DNA of 64,000 nucleotides from Thermoplasmatota archaeon (GTDB lineage Archaea; Thermoplasmatota; E2; DHVEG-1): NCBI GenBank assembly GCA_029939595.1, contig JAOZSQ010000001.1, positions 261,722 to 325,721 of the forward strand, read 5' to 3'. Shown piece by piece: positions 56,537 to 64,000 of this stretch (position 1 is its first letter; each line of letters starts with the position of its first letter). The notes under the pieces were generated by a model. It saw only the letters and a program-made list of their open reading frames with translations, ran no database searches and was not told where the DNA came from. The position numbers and the translations under genes were made by a program.

Positions 56537-58351
56537 ATGAAAGTATTTAATGTGCAATCACTAGCACCAGGATTGTTTAGCTCAAATGGGAAGATAAAGA
56601 AGGGTTCAGATACGGCTTTGAACATTCCTAGTTTTGTGTGTAATTTTATGCAAGCGGGAGTAGGATTTTGCTATGAAGGTGATCCAGAATTTAGCATAGG
56701 CGATTTATTACCTTGGGAAGAGTATTTAGTAGTAGCTAAACCCACTCTTAGTGGAGATGGTTTTGTAGATATAACTTTAGTGAAAAGAACAGATTATGTA
56801 GGAGATGATGCAAGTATTCCACAAAGACATATTGGGTATGTTTCTACGAATGGTGACAAACATGTTGTTGAAGATTCTATTGCAACAATTAACAGTTCGC
56901 AATTTACAGATGTTGATAATATATTAAGAAAAGCCGGATTATATTCATCAGAGTTTAATGGAAATCATAAATCCAGGGGTCAATATTTTGATGAGAATGC
57001 TGTTTTTGCAAATAATGTAAAAGATAAAGATTTGGTTTATAGAGATTATGATAATGTGTATAAATTGGCGGTAGCCGATAACACAAAGAAATCAAAAGTT
57101 GTTGGTGTTGCGGATAGAATATTGAACAATAAAGGATTTGTTATATTCAGTGGTTTATATTTGATTAATGAAACATATGTATCTGGTACAAAGCTTTATT
57201 TGTCTTCTACTGATCCTGGTAAATTTACAGAGATCAAAACATACGTTTATATAGCTGATGCTATAAATGACAGGGGTTTGATTAGGTTGAGATCTGTTGA
57301 AGATAGTACAAAATATGGTACTGTTACACAGAAACAGGCTTTATATGAGGATATGTTAGGTAGAACTTCATTTTATCAAATGTTTTTGAAGGAGTTCAAA
57401 AAGAATCCAACAGAAGATGATGAATTAACTTTATCAGGTACAAATACACCAAAATTCTATGCTAATGAAGAGGTATTAGATGGTGTAACCGATTCACATG
57501 TTATTTTCAATGTTTGTAATGAGGAAATCAGTTTTGATAGATTTTATGTACATGTAGAAGCCGACAAACAGGAATATAAGTTATTTTATTCAAGAAATAA
57601 TGAAGATATGTGGACCGAGATTTCAGATAAAAGAAAGATAATAGTATTTAATAGGTTCAAAAATCTTAGAGTTAAGTTGGTTTGGACTAGTGCTTTTAAA
57701 GTTTCAAGTTTTGCTGTGTTTTATGATGAAAGATTTGAAGCGTTTGCAACGGATAATCAATTTAGAAAAGTATTTGAATTGGATGTAAATACAGATTTAC
57801 CGGCAACGGTTATGTTGCCAGGATATACAGTTTTCACCAAAGATGGAAATTCTTTGGATGTATATTGGAATGGTTTGAAGTTGTATTATAATATTCATTA
57901 TACTGAGGGAGAAGATAAAAGAAGTATTTTAATTAAAAAATTACCTGTGGCTACAATTAAAATTTCAGCGGGTGATGTTTTTGAATTTCAACAGAGATAT
58001 GGTTATGTTGATATATCAACAGAAAATTTTGGAAGATATATTAAAGAGCACTCTGAGGAAGGACATCACATGATTCCAGATATTGAAACTGGTGGATATT
58101 ATAGATTAGTTTTTGAGAATTCCAAATTGAAAGCCATACCAGTAGAACGAGATAGGGATGCGATTACTTTTGAATTAAAAGATTTAGCAAAAACAGTGTA
58201 TGATGATATTCAACAAAAATTAACTGAATATAATGCGAAGGTAGAAGAAGTTAAAGCTCTTGAAGAAAAAGTGAAAACACTTGAAGAAACTGAAATAAGG
58301 CACAATGAAGCATTAGAGGCAAGAATAAGTGCATTAGAGGCATCACAATAA
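56537..58351 (+). CDS. tail fibre component with C-terminal coiled coil
   Basis: Ends EEVKALEEKVKTLEETEIRHNEALEARISALEASQ. Confidence 0.55.
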   Translation: MKVFNVQSLAPGLFSSNGKIKKGSDTALNIPSFVCNFMQAGVGFCYEGDPEFSIGDLLPWEEYLVVAKPTLSGDGFVDITLVKRTDYVGDDASIPQRHIGYVSTNGDKHVVEDSIATINSSQFTDVDNILRKAGLYSSEFNGNHKSRGQYFDENAVFANNVKDKDLVYRDYDNVYKLAVADNTKKSKVVGVADRILNNKGFVIFSGLYLINETYVSGTKLYLSSTDPGKFTEIKTYVYIADAINDRGLIRLRSVEDSTKYGTVTQKQALYEDMLGRTSFYQMFLKEFKKNPTEDDELTLSGTNTPKFYANEEVLDGVTDSHVIFNVCNEEISFDRFYVHVEADKQEYKLFYSRNNEDMWTEISDKRKIIVFNRFKNLRVKLVWTSAFKVSSFAVFYDERFEAFATDNQFRKVFELDVNTDLPATVMLPGYTVFTKDGNSLDVYWNGLKLYYNIHYTEGEDKRSILIKKLPVATIKISAGDVFEFQQRYGYVDISTENFGRYIKEHSEEGHHMIPDIETGGYYRLVFENSKLKAIPVERDRDAITFELKDLAKTVYDDIQQKLTEYNAKVEEVKALEEKVKTLEETEIRHNEALEARISALEASQ

Positions 58352-58359
58352 TTTAGGAA

Positions 58360-61300
58360 ATGGTTATGAAGTACAAATATAGTATATATCCAGAAATTTT
58401 AACAGAAGATAATAAACTTGTAGTTACTCATCTTGAGGGTCTTAATGCGATTCGTATTGGAAAGAACCAAGAATTCCAGATGGGAAGAGTTGAAATTAAT
58501 ACAGACATATATTCTGATGATGAAAGAACAATAACATTCCCTGTTACACCTAATAGGCAATATCATGTTAGATTTAGTGTAAATGGCAGAAAAATCAATA
58601 ATTTGGATTTGAAAGATAAAAGAGGCAGTTTTTATTTTGTTGATTGTTCTAATGTTGATTATGGTTTGGCTTTTGATTATGATGAGACAGATTTTGATAA
58701 GTTTGACGATGATTTGCTTGTCGTTAAGGTTGCCACTGATATAAATGGAAAAATAAAAAAGGATGGAAATGTTGTAACAGGTATAACAACGGTTGCTCAT
58801 AAAAGTCAAATAATTATTGATACTCTTGTTTTGGATAGATTGCGATCAGAAAGAATTTTTGTTGGTAAGATACCGTTTGGATCTAATATAATGACGGTTT
58901 CTAGTGTTGGAGAAACCAGATTTGGTATAAATGGTAGTAAATCCTCGGTAGATTTTTTTAATAATCAGGTTTTAAATTGGGAAATTAGTAATCAGGGAGA
59001 TAATTTAGAAATTACTTCTTGGAGCAATAATCCACTATCAACTCTTGCTTTAAATCCTAAGAAGAAAGTGCATATATTTAAAGAGTTGGAAGTTGATAAG
59101 AAAGCTGAGTTTCATAATGATGTTATTGTTGATAATACTATAAGAGCGAATAAGGTGATTGCTCAAACAACAGATATTGAAGGTGATCAGCAGATTAAAG
59201 GAGATTGTGAAGCCCAAAAAGCTTTTCTAGTGAAAGGGGCAACCACTCTTGAAAGTACATTGAATGTTTTGAATGATAAAACTACTTTACATTCTTTGGG
59301 AGTTAATAACAATATTGATGTTGGTGGAAATGTAACTATTATTGGAAAGTTAGAAGTTAAAGGTGAGCGAACAGAGATCAAGACAAAAGATTTAGTTATT
59401 GAAGATAATATTATTACTCTTAATAAGGGGTATACTGGTGAGTTAACTTCAATAATATGTGGTGTTGAAATGGCTAGAGGAGAAGGTCTTCCATCGGGAT
59501 ATTTGCTTTATTTTGAAGAAGATAAGACGATGAGAGCGGGTATTGGAACCGCTGCAAATTTTGCTTCTTTTCCGAGGTTGGCAACAAGGGGTCCGAATTT
59601 AACAAAAAAATATATTCCATTTGGTGAAAATATTGATGGTGGTACTTTCTATACTGAATCAGTGGAATTACAATATGATGAGGCTTTAGATACTCTTTCT
59701 GTTCCTAATATCAATCTTTCAGGTAGTTTTATTAGTGCGGTTAATGCTTCATTAGATGGTTTTAGTTATTTGTCTTTAAATGATGGACCAAGAATTACTA
59801 ATGGTTCAAAAGAGTCAACAAAATATTTAAGAATTATTTCACCTGATGGTTCAAAGGGTGGTATCCAATTAGTTGATAGTGGAAATAGTTTACAAACATA
59901 TTTTTATTTTGATAAAGATGCAAAACTTTTTACTATATCTTCTGAGAGTTCAGATATTGAGATTCAACCGTTTAATATAGTTACTGTAACTAAAAAATTG
60001 GCGGTTAATGGGACTTTAAAAGTAAGTCAAGGGTTAACTGTTGAAGCAGATATTGTTTCAACTAAAGATGTCAACTGTGCGAATATTGGTGCCATCGGTT
60101 TAGTTCTTACTGGAAAGGCAATAGCAAACGATATTGAATTAACTGAGAAGATGGTTGTGGGAACAACCAATATCGGAATTGATAAAATTACAGCGGATAC
60201 TGGTAGTTTTTTAAAGCATCTTAATGTTGGTTCTCCATCTGTTGTTGGTACGGCACTTGATGTTCAAGGTGATTTGGCTGTTACTAAAAAAGTAAATGCT
60301 GCCGAAGTGGATGCTTTGGATGCCGTTTTTCAAAATATAAAGGTACAATTAGGAGGAATAAGCATCACTTCATCTAGTGAAGGAAATGAACCTTCTAAGG
60401 GCAAGCTTGAAGCTGAATGGGTTGAGTCAACTGCTAATATTACTGCTGGAGCGAATCTTGTTGCTACTAATGATGTGGTAGTTGGAAGGGTTTTAAATGT
60501 AGAAAATGCGACAGCAAACATACAAACATTGAATGTTACTAAAGTATTAAATGTACAAAGTAGTGTAGAAAGTTTTGTAGTTTCTTGTGGTTGTCAGTTC
60601 CTTGAAGAAGTAAGTTTTGTTAAATCTTTTAGTGTTCCGACATTAACAGTACAAACCAAACTCAACGCATCTGCTGCGACTTTTGGTGGACAAATAATAG
60701 CCAAAAACAATTTTACGATTGAAGATACCGGTTCAATGCAGATTGACAGTAACACAGTTAATTTTAAGGTTTTAGATGCTTCTGAAAAAATAACATCAAA
60801 AGATTTAACTGTTGATAATGAATTTGTTAGTAAAGATGTGGTGATATCTCGTAAGTTGATGGTTGAAGCAACAACAAATCCCGTTATTTTTGCAAATTCT
60901 AAATCAATTTTTGATAATACCATTCAAGTTAAATCGTTAGTTGTTAGTGGTGTTGGTTCTAGTGCGTTAGTAACTGATATGACGATTAGTGGAGCATTTA
61001 GAGTAGATGGAGAAAGTTCAGTAGTTAAGGGATTATCAAGTGATAGTTTGAGTGTTGTTGGTTTAGTTAGTGCAGCCAGTTTAAAAATAGGAACATTGTT
61101 AAATGTGAATGCTACTGATGGGATAAAGATAAGGAATAACCTTTCTTTCAATCCTGATGTTGTGGGTAAGGCTGATATTGAATTTGCTGATTCTGGTCAT
61201 ATTGATGCTGGAAATAATGTAATTTTCCAGTTAGACAAAAAAACCCAATTGGGTAATGTTAATTTTATTATTAGATTGGATAAGGGGAATGATCCGGCTG

Positions 61301-62793
61301 TTGATATTTTTAAGGTGTTATCTGATGGTAAAATTTGGACCAGTGCATATACAAATTTGGATGATTATTTCTTGGCGAATAAAGCAAGTCAAAAGATTAA
61401 TGGTTCTTTGGAAGTGGTTTATAGTGAAGATTCCCCAAATAAAGCAAATATAGTTTTAAAGGCGATTGATAATACTAAACCGGCTTGTTTATTATTAGAA
61501 AATAAAGCAAATGGCGAATCCAATATAAATGAAGGGTTTGTTTGTATTTCAGCAGAAGATGGAAATTATTTAACAGTTAGAAGTGCTAAAGGTGATGGTA
61601 TAACATTCGCAGATATTTTCAGAATAGGTAACGATAAGAAAGTTTATTTCTTTAGTGGAGTTGATGAAATAGAAGTAATGGCAAGGAAAGAAATTGTTTC
61701 TATGATTCAAACGGCTCAGTTGGGTGATAAGGTTATTGATGATGCACAAACAGAAGATATAACTACTTTATCCACAAAAGTTTCTGCGATTGAGGCTGAT
61801 ATTGTTAAGATGAAAGATCCAGCGGAAACCGATTCAATAGCATATAAAATCGCTGCAATTGATACTCAAATCAGCGAAATGAAAGATGCTGAAAACGTAG
61901 GTTCGTTGGCGAATAAGATAGCGGAAATAAATACTACCACAGGAGTATTAACAGGAAAGGTCAGTTCATTAGAAACCAGAATAACTGATGTAGAAACTTT
62001 AGCGACAACAATTAATACAATGAATAATGAAGATACTGAAGGTTCATTGGCTAATAGAGTTAAAGAGTTGGAAGCGAAGGTAGTTACTTTACAATCAGAA
62101 GTTGATGCTTTAACACCCGAACCGGTTCCTGAAGATGCGGTAATACAATTAGCGGGTAGTTATCCAGTACATATTCATACTGTAACAGTACCAGGAGCGC
62201 AACAAGCGGATATTAAGACAACGCCAGCAACAATAGAGTCGTCAAGTGCGGGTGATACTCCACATACACATCAAGTTCAAGTGAGTTGGGATACTGATAA
62301 ATTTGTAGGGGCTGTACAAGATGATCATATAATAAAACATGGTGAGGTGTTGAGTCCAACATTATCAAATCAGATCGTGACAGATGATCACGAGCACACA
62401 GTTATAATAACGGATGTTCAACAAGCGGCTATTAGAGGTGGGTCAACAGAAAGAGTAGTTTCAGAGACCACAAATGAGCATACACATGAAGTAGATGTAG
62501 GTTGGAATGGAACAAGTTATACATATGATATAGTAGTTCCACCGGTTCCGGCTGATATAGTTATGAATTTAGAAACACAAGCTAGTTCTCCAGGGGATCA
62601 TGTACATACAATAACTGTTCCAGGGGCACAACAAGAGGGAATTAAAACCACACCGATAACATATACTTCAACGGATACGGGTGGACACACTCATGAGGTT
62701 GAAGTAACTTGGAACGATCCTAATTTTGAAGGAACTGTGAAAGGTAATCCTTCAGCGGGTGATGCACACGTTCACAATGTAGTAGTACAATAA
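58360..62793 (+). CDS. long tail fibre protein with C-terminal HxH metal-binding repeats
   Basis: 1477 aa. Beta-rich repeats, a coiled-coil segment (aa ~1130-1260), and four HxH units (HIHTVTVPGAQQ..., HTHQVQV, HVHTITVPGAQQ..., HTHEVEV, HVHNVVV), like the T4 gp37/gp12 tips. Confidence 0.7.
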   Translation: MVMKYKYSIYPEILTEDNKLVVTHLEGLNAIRIGKNQEFQMGRVEINTDIYSDDERTITFPVTPNRQYHVRFSVNGRKINNLDLKDKRGSFYFVDCSNVDYGLAFDYDETDFDKFDDDLLVVKVATDINGKIKKDGNVVTGITTVAHKSQIIIDTLVLDRLRSERIFVGKIPFGSNIMTVSSVGETRFGINGSKSSVDFFNNQVLNWEISNQGDNLEITSWSNNPLSTLALNPKKKVHIFKELEVDKKAEFHNDVIVDNTIRANKVIAQTTDIEGDQQIKGDCEAQKAFLVKGATTLESTLNVLNDKTTLHSLGVNNNIDVGGNVTIIGKLEVKGERTEIKTKDLVIEDNIITLNKGYTGELTSIICGVEMARGEGLPSGYLLYFEEDKTMRAGIGTAANFASFPRLATRGPNLTKKYIPFGENIDGGTFYTESVELQYDEALDTLSVPNINLSGSFISAVNASLDGFSYLSLNDGPRITNGSKESTKYLRIISPDGSKGGIQLVDSGNSLQTYFYFDKDAKLFTISSESSDIEIQPFNIVTVTKKLAVNGTLKVSQGLTVEADIVSTKDVNCANIGAIGLVLTGKAIANDIELTEKMVVGTTNIGIDKITADTGSFLKHLNVGSPSVVGTALDVQGDLAVTKKVNAAEVDALDAVFQNIKVQLGGISITSSSEGNEPSKGKLEAEWVESTANITAGANLVATNDVVVGRVLNVENATANIQTLNVTKVLNVQSSVESFVVSCGCQFLEEVSFVKSFSVPTLTVQTKLNASAATFGGQIIAKNNFTIEDTGSMQIDSNTVNFKVLDASEKITSKDLTVDNEFVSKDVVISRKLMVEATTNPVIFANSKSIFDNTIQVKSLVVSGVGSSALVTDMTISGAFRVDGESSVVKGLSSDSLSVVGLVSAASLKIGTLLNVNATDGIKIRNNLSFNPDVVGKADIEFADSGHIDAGNNVIFQLDKKTQLGNVNFIIRLDKGNDPAVDIFKVLSDGKIWTSAYTNLDDYFLANKASQKINGSLEVVYSEDSPNKANIVLKAIDNTKPACLLLENKANGESNINEGFVCISAEDGNYLTVRSAKGDGITFADIFRIGNDKKVYFFSGVDEIEVMARKEIVSMIQTAQLGDKVIDDAQTEDITTLSTKVSAIEADIVKMKDPAETDSIAYKIAAIDTQISEMKDAENVGSLANKIAEINTTTGVLTGKVSSLETRITDVETLATTINTMNNEDTEGSLANRVKELEAKVVTLQSEVDALTPEPVPEDAVIQLAGSYPVHIHTVTVPGAQQADIKTTPATIESSSAGDTPHTHQVQVSWDTDKFVGAVQDDHIIKHGEVLSPTLSNQIVTDDHEHTVIITDVQQAAIRGGSTERVVSETTNEHTHEVDVGWNGTSYTYDIVVPPVPADIVMNLETQASSPGDHVHTITVPGAQQEGIKTTPITYTSTDTGGHTHEVEVTWNDPNFEGTVKGNPSAGDAHVHNVVVQ

Positions 62794-62802
62794 GAGGAAA
62801 AA

Positions 62803-64000
62803 ATGCCATATATAAAGAAAGTTTCAGAAAGCAGATATAAAAGAGAAACATTATCAAGTGAAATTTCTGTTCCAAATTTAAATTATATTGAGAACAGATT
62901 ACTTGAAGATGAGGACAGATTAAGTTTTTTAGATAGAAAAATTACAAGGTATACTGAATCGGCATCTGAACAGTTAACAGGTTTGAGTGCTTTGTTGTAT
63001 CCAACTGACGAAGGTTGGGAAAATATTTATAAAGACGGTTGGTTTCCATTTTCATTGAATCAAAATTGGGGTGGTGCCCAATGGGGAAATTTACCAAATG
63101 GTAAATATGGTGATGTGGCTACCGGTTATGTTGTTGATAATACTGAATTTGAACTTGGAAGGGGCGCACCAAAATCAGGAGAATTCGCATCTGAATGGTT
63201 ATATAAAGATTTTAAAGTTTCTCATGATATGAATATTGGTGCTGTTTGGATTAAACTTAGAAAGATTGGTAATCCGAGTAGCGAAATATATGTAACTATT
63301 GAGAGAAGTTTAGCGGATAAAGATATTCCTGGCGGAACTGATAACTCACTAGGTTCAAGTAAGAAGATTTCAGGTAGAAAAATTACTTCTTCAGAAGGTG
63401 GAAAATGGTATAGGTTTGAATTTAAAACACCGGTTGCTTTAAATAAGAATGATGTAAATTATATTGTGGTTTGTACTGATTCGCATAATACTGATAATTA
63501 TTTTAAAGTAAGGGGTGATAAAAATTCCAGATATTTTGCTAAAACTTGTGGTTATAGTTCAAATGTGCCTATATATAGGAGTTTTTCAAATACTCCTCAA
63601 TCTGTGTTGGAACCGAATGATAGTTGTTTTAATTTTTTAGTTGAGTCACATTCAGATTCAAGTTTTTTGCAATCACATGATGGAATTACTTCGGGTAAGT
63701 TGGTATTTCAAAATTCTTTTGAACCATTCAATCAAGGAAGATTAATGGTAAAACGAATGAGCGAATTTTTTGATGAAAAAATATTTACAATATTTTTCAG
63801 AATGAATTTCAAAGATGATGATACTAATAAAAATAAAACTATATGTGATTTTGTTTATGGATTGGATCATGATAGAATAAGAATTGGGTTGAATGATTCT
63901 GGACAAGTTGAGGTGAATGTATATCAAACAAACGATTCAACCATTGCAAATGCTATTATTCCTCCAGTAGTTGGTACAAAAAATATAATCAAACCTAATA
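62803..64000 (+). CDS. tail fibre/baseplate-associated protein, 3-prime end beyond window
   Basis: ATG with a GAGGAAAAAATG ribosome-binding site immediately after the fibre gene. Open to the window end. Confidence 0.5.
   Translation, partial: MPYIKKVSESRYKRETLSSEISVPNLNYIENRLLEDEDRLSFLDRKITRYTESASEQLTGLSALLYPTDEGWENIYKDGWFPFSLNQNWGGAQWGNLPNGKYGDVATGYVVDNTEFELGRGAPKSGEFASEWLYKDFKVSHDMNIGAVWIKLRKIGNPSSEIYVTIERSLADKDIPGGTDNSLGSSKKISGRKITSSEGGKWYRFEFKTPVALNKNDVNYIVVCTDSHNTDNYFKVRGDKNSRYFAKTCGYSSNVPIYRSFSNTPQSVLEPNDSCFNFLVESHSDSSFLQSHDGITSGKLVFQNSFEPFNQGRLMVKRMSEFFDEKIFTIFFRMNFKDDDTNKNKTICDFVYGLDHDRIRIGLNDSGQVEVNVYQTNDSTIANAIIPPVVGTKNIIKPN

Noticed and set aside
1-64000. tRNA genes, integrase or transposase, attachment sites
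   Set aside because: No cloverleaf-like conserved tRNA strings (GTTCGAATC-type T-arms) were found in the few noncoding gaps, and no recombinase motifs were seen. The window reads as lytic-phage late and accessory DNA.
1-64000. Giant-virus or eukaryotic-virus origin, suggested by the conserved N-terminal motif, acidic tails and AT richness
   Set aside because: Strong Shine-Dalgarno sites, ATGA-coupled operons, T4 gp16/17/18/19 homologs, TATAAATA boxes and lipoprotein and signal peptides all point to a bacterial T4-like myovirus.

Overview
This 64-kb window is AT-rich (roughly one-third GC) and almost entirely plus-strand, densely packed late-gene DNA from a T4-like myovirus. The T4-like hallmarks are: small and large terminase subunits (gp16-like and gp17-like), a tail sheath (gp18-like), two tail-tube paralogs (gp19-like), long-fibre genes with HxH tip repeats and an 'NADLLDG' motif, six exact TATAAATA (T4 late promoter) boxes, and GIY-YIG and HNH-type nuclease genes. 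Shine-Dalgarno sites are strong and many genes are coupled through ATGA start/stop overlaps. The most striking feature is a set of about 35 genes (roughly 35 kb of sequence) that begin with a conserved decapeptide M-[IR]-[ST]-F-K-Q-F-L-x-E. This closely resembles the T4 capsid-targeting sequence of the internal proteins (MKTYQEFIAE) and ends in the (L/I)-x-E site cut by the T4-type prohead protease. These genes therefore look like a greatly expanded arsenal of capsid-packaged, DNA-co-injected cargo proteins. They carry varied enzyme domains: an ATP-dependent ligase, a CCA-adding nucleotidyltransferase with an HD domain, a GNAT acetyltransferase, three HExxH metallopeptidase-like proteins, a ParB-like nuclease domain, leucine-rich-repeat (LRR) proteins, several proteins with an ADP-ribosyltransferase-like HGT/YHxT motif, and an unnamed 'WCIT' domain family. 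The cargo genes have invaded the packaging and tail operon: they sit between TerS and TerL and fill the ~30 kb between TerL and the sheath. Other notable items are a phage-borne partner-switching pair (RsbW-like kinase plus STAS antagonist) beside a patatin-like lipase and secreted SBP3-like proteins; a minus-strand ATPase-only terminase paralog next to an iterated-repeat noncoding region and a free-standing ClpX zinc-finger-like protein; a minus-strand glycine-zipper plus basic Cys-protein pair; and a nuclease-rich island between the sheath and tube genes. No tRNA, CRISPR array, integrase or transposase was recognised.
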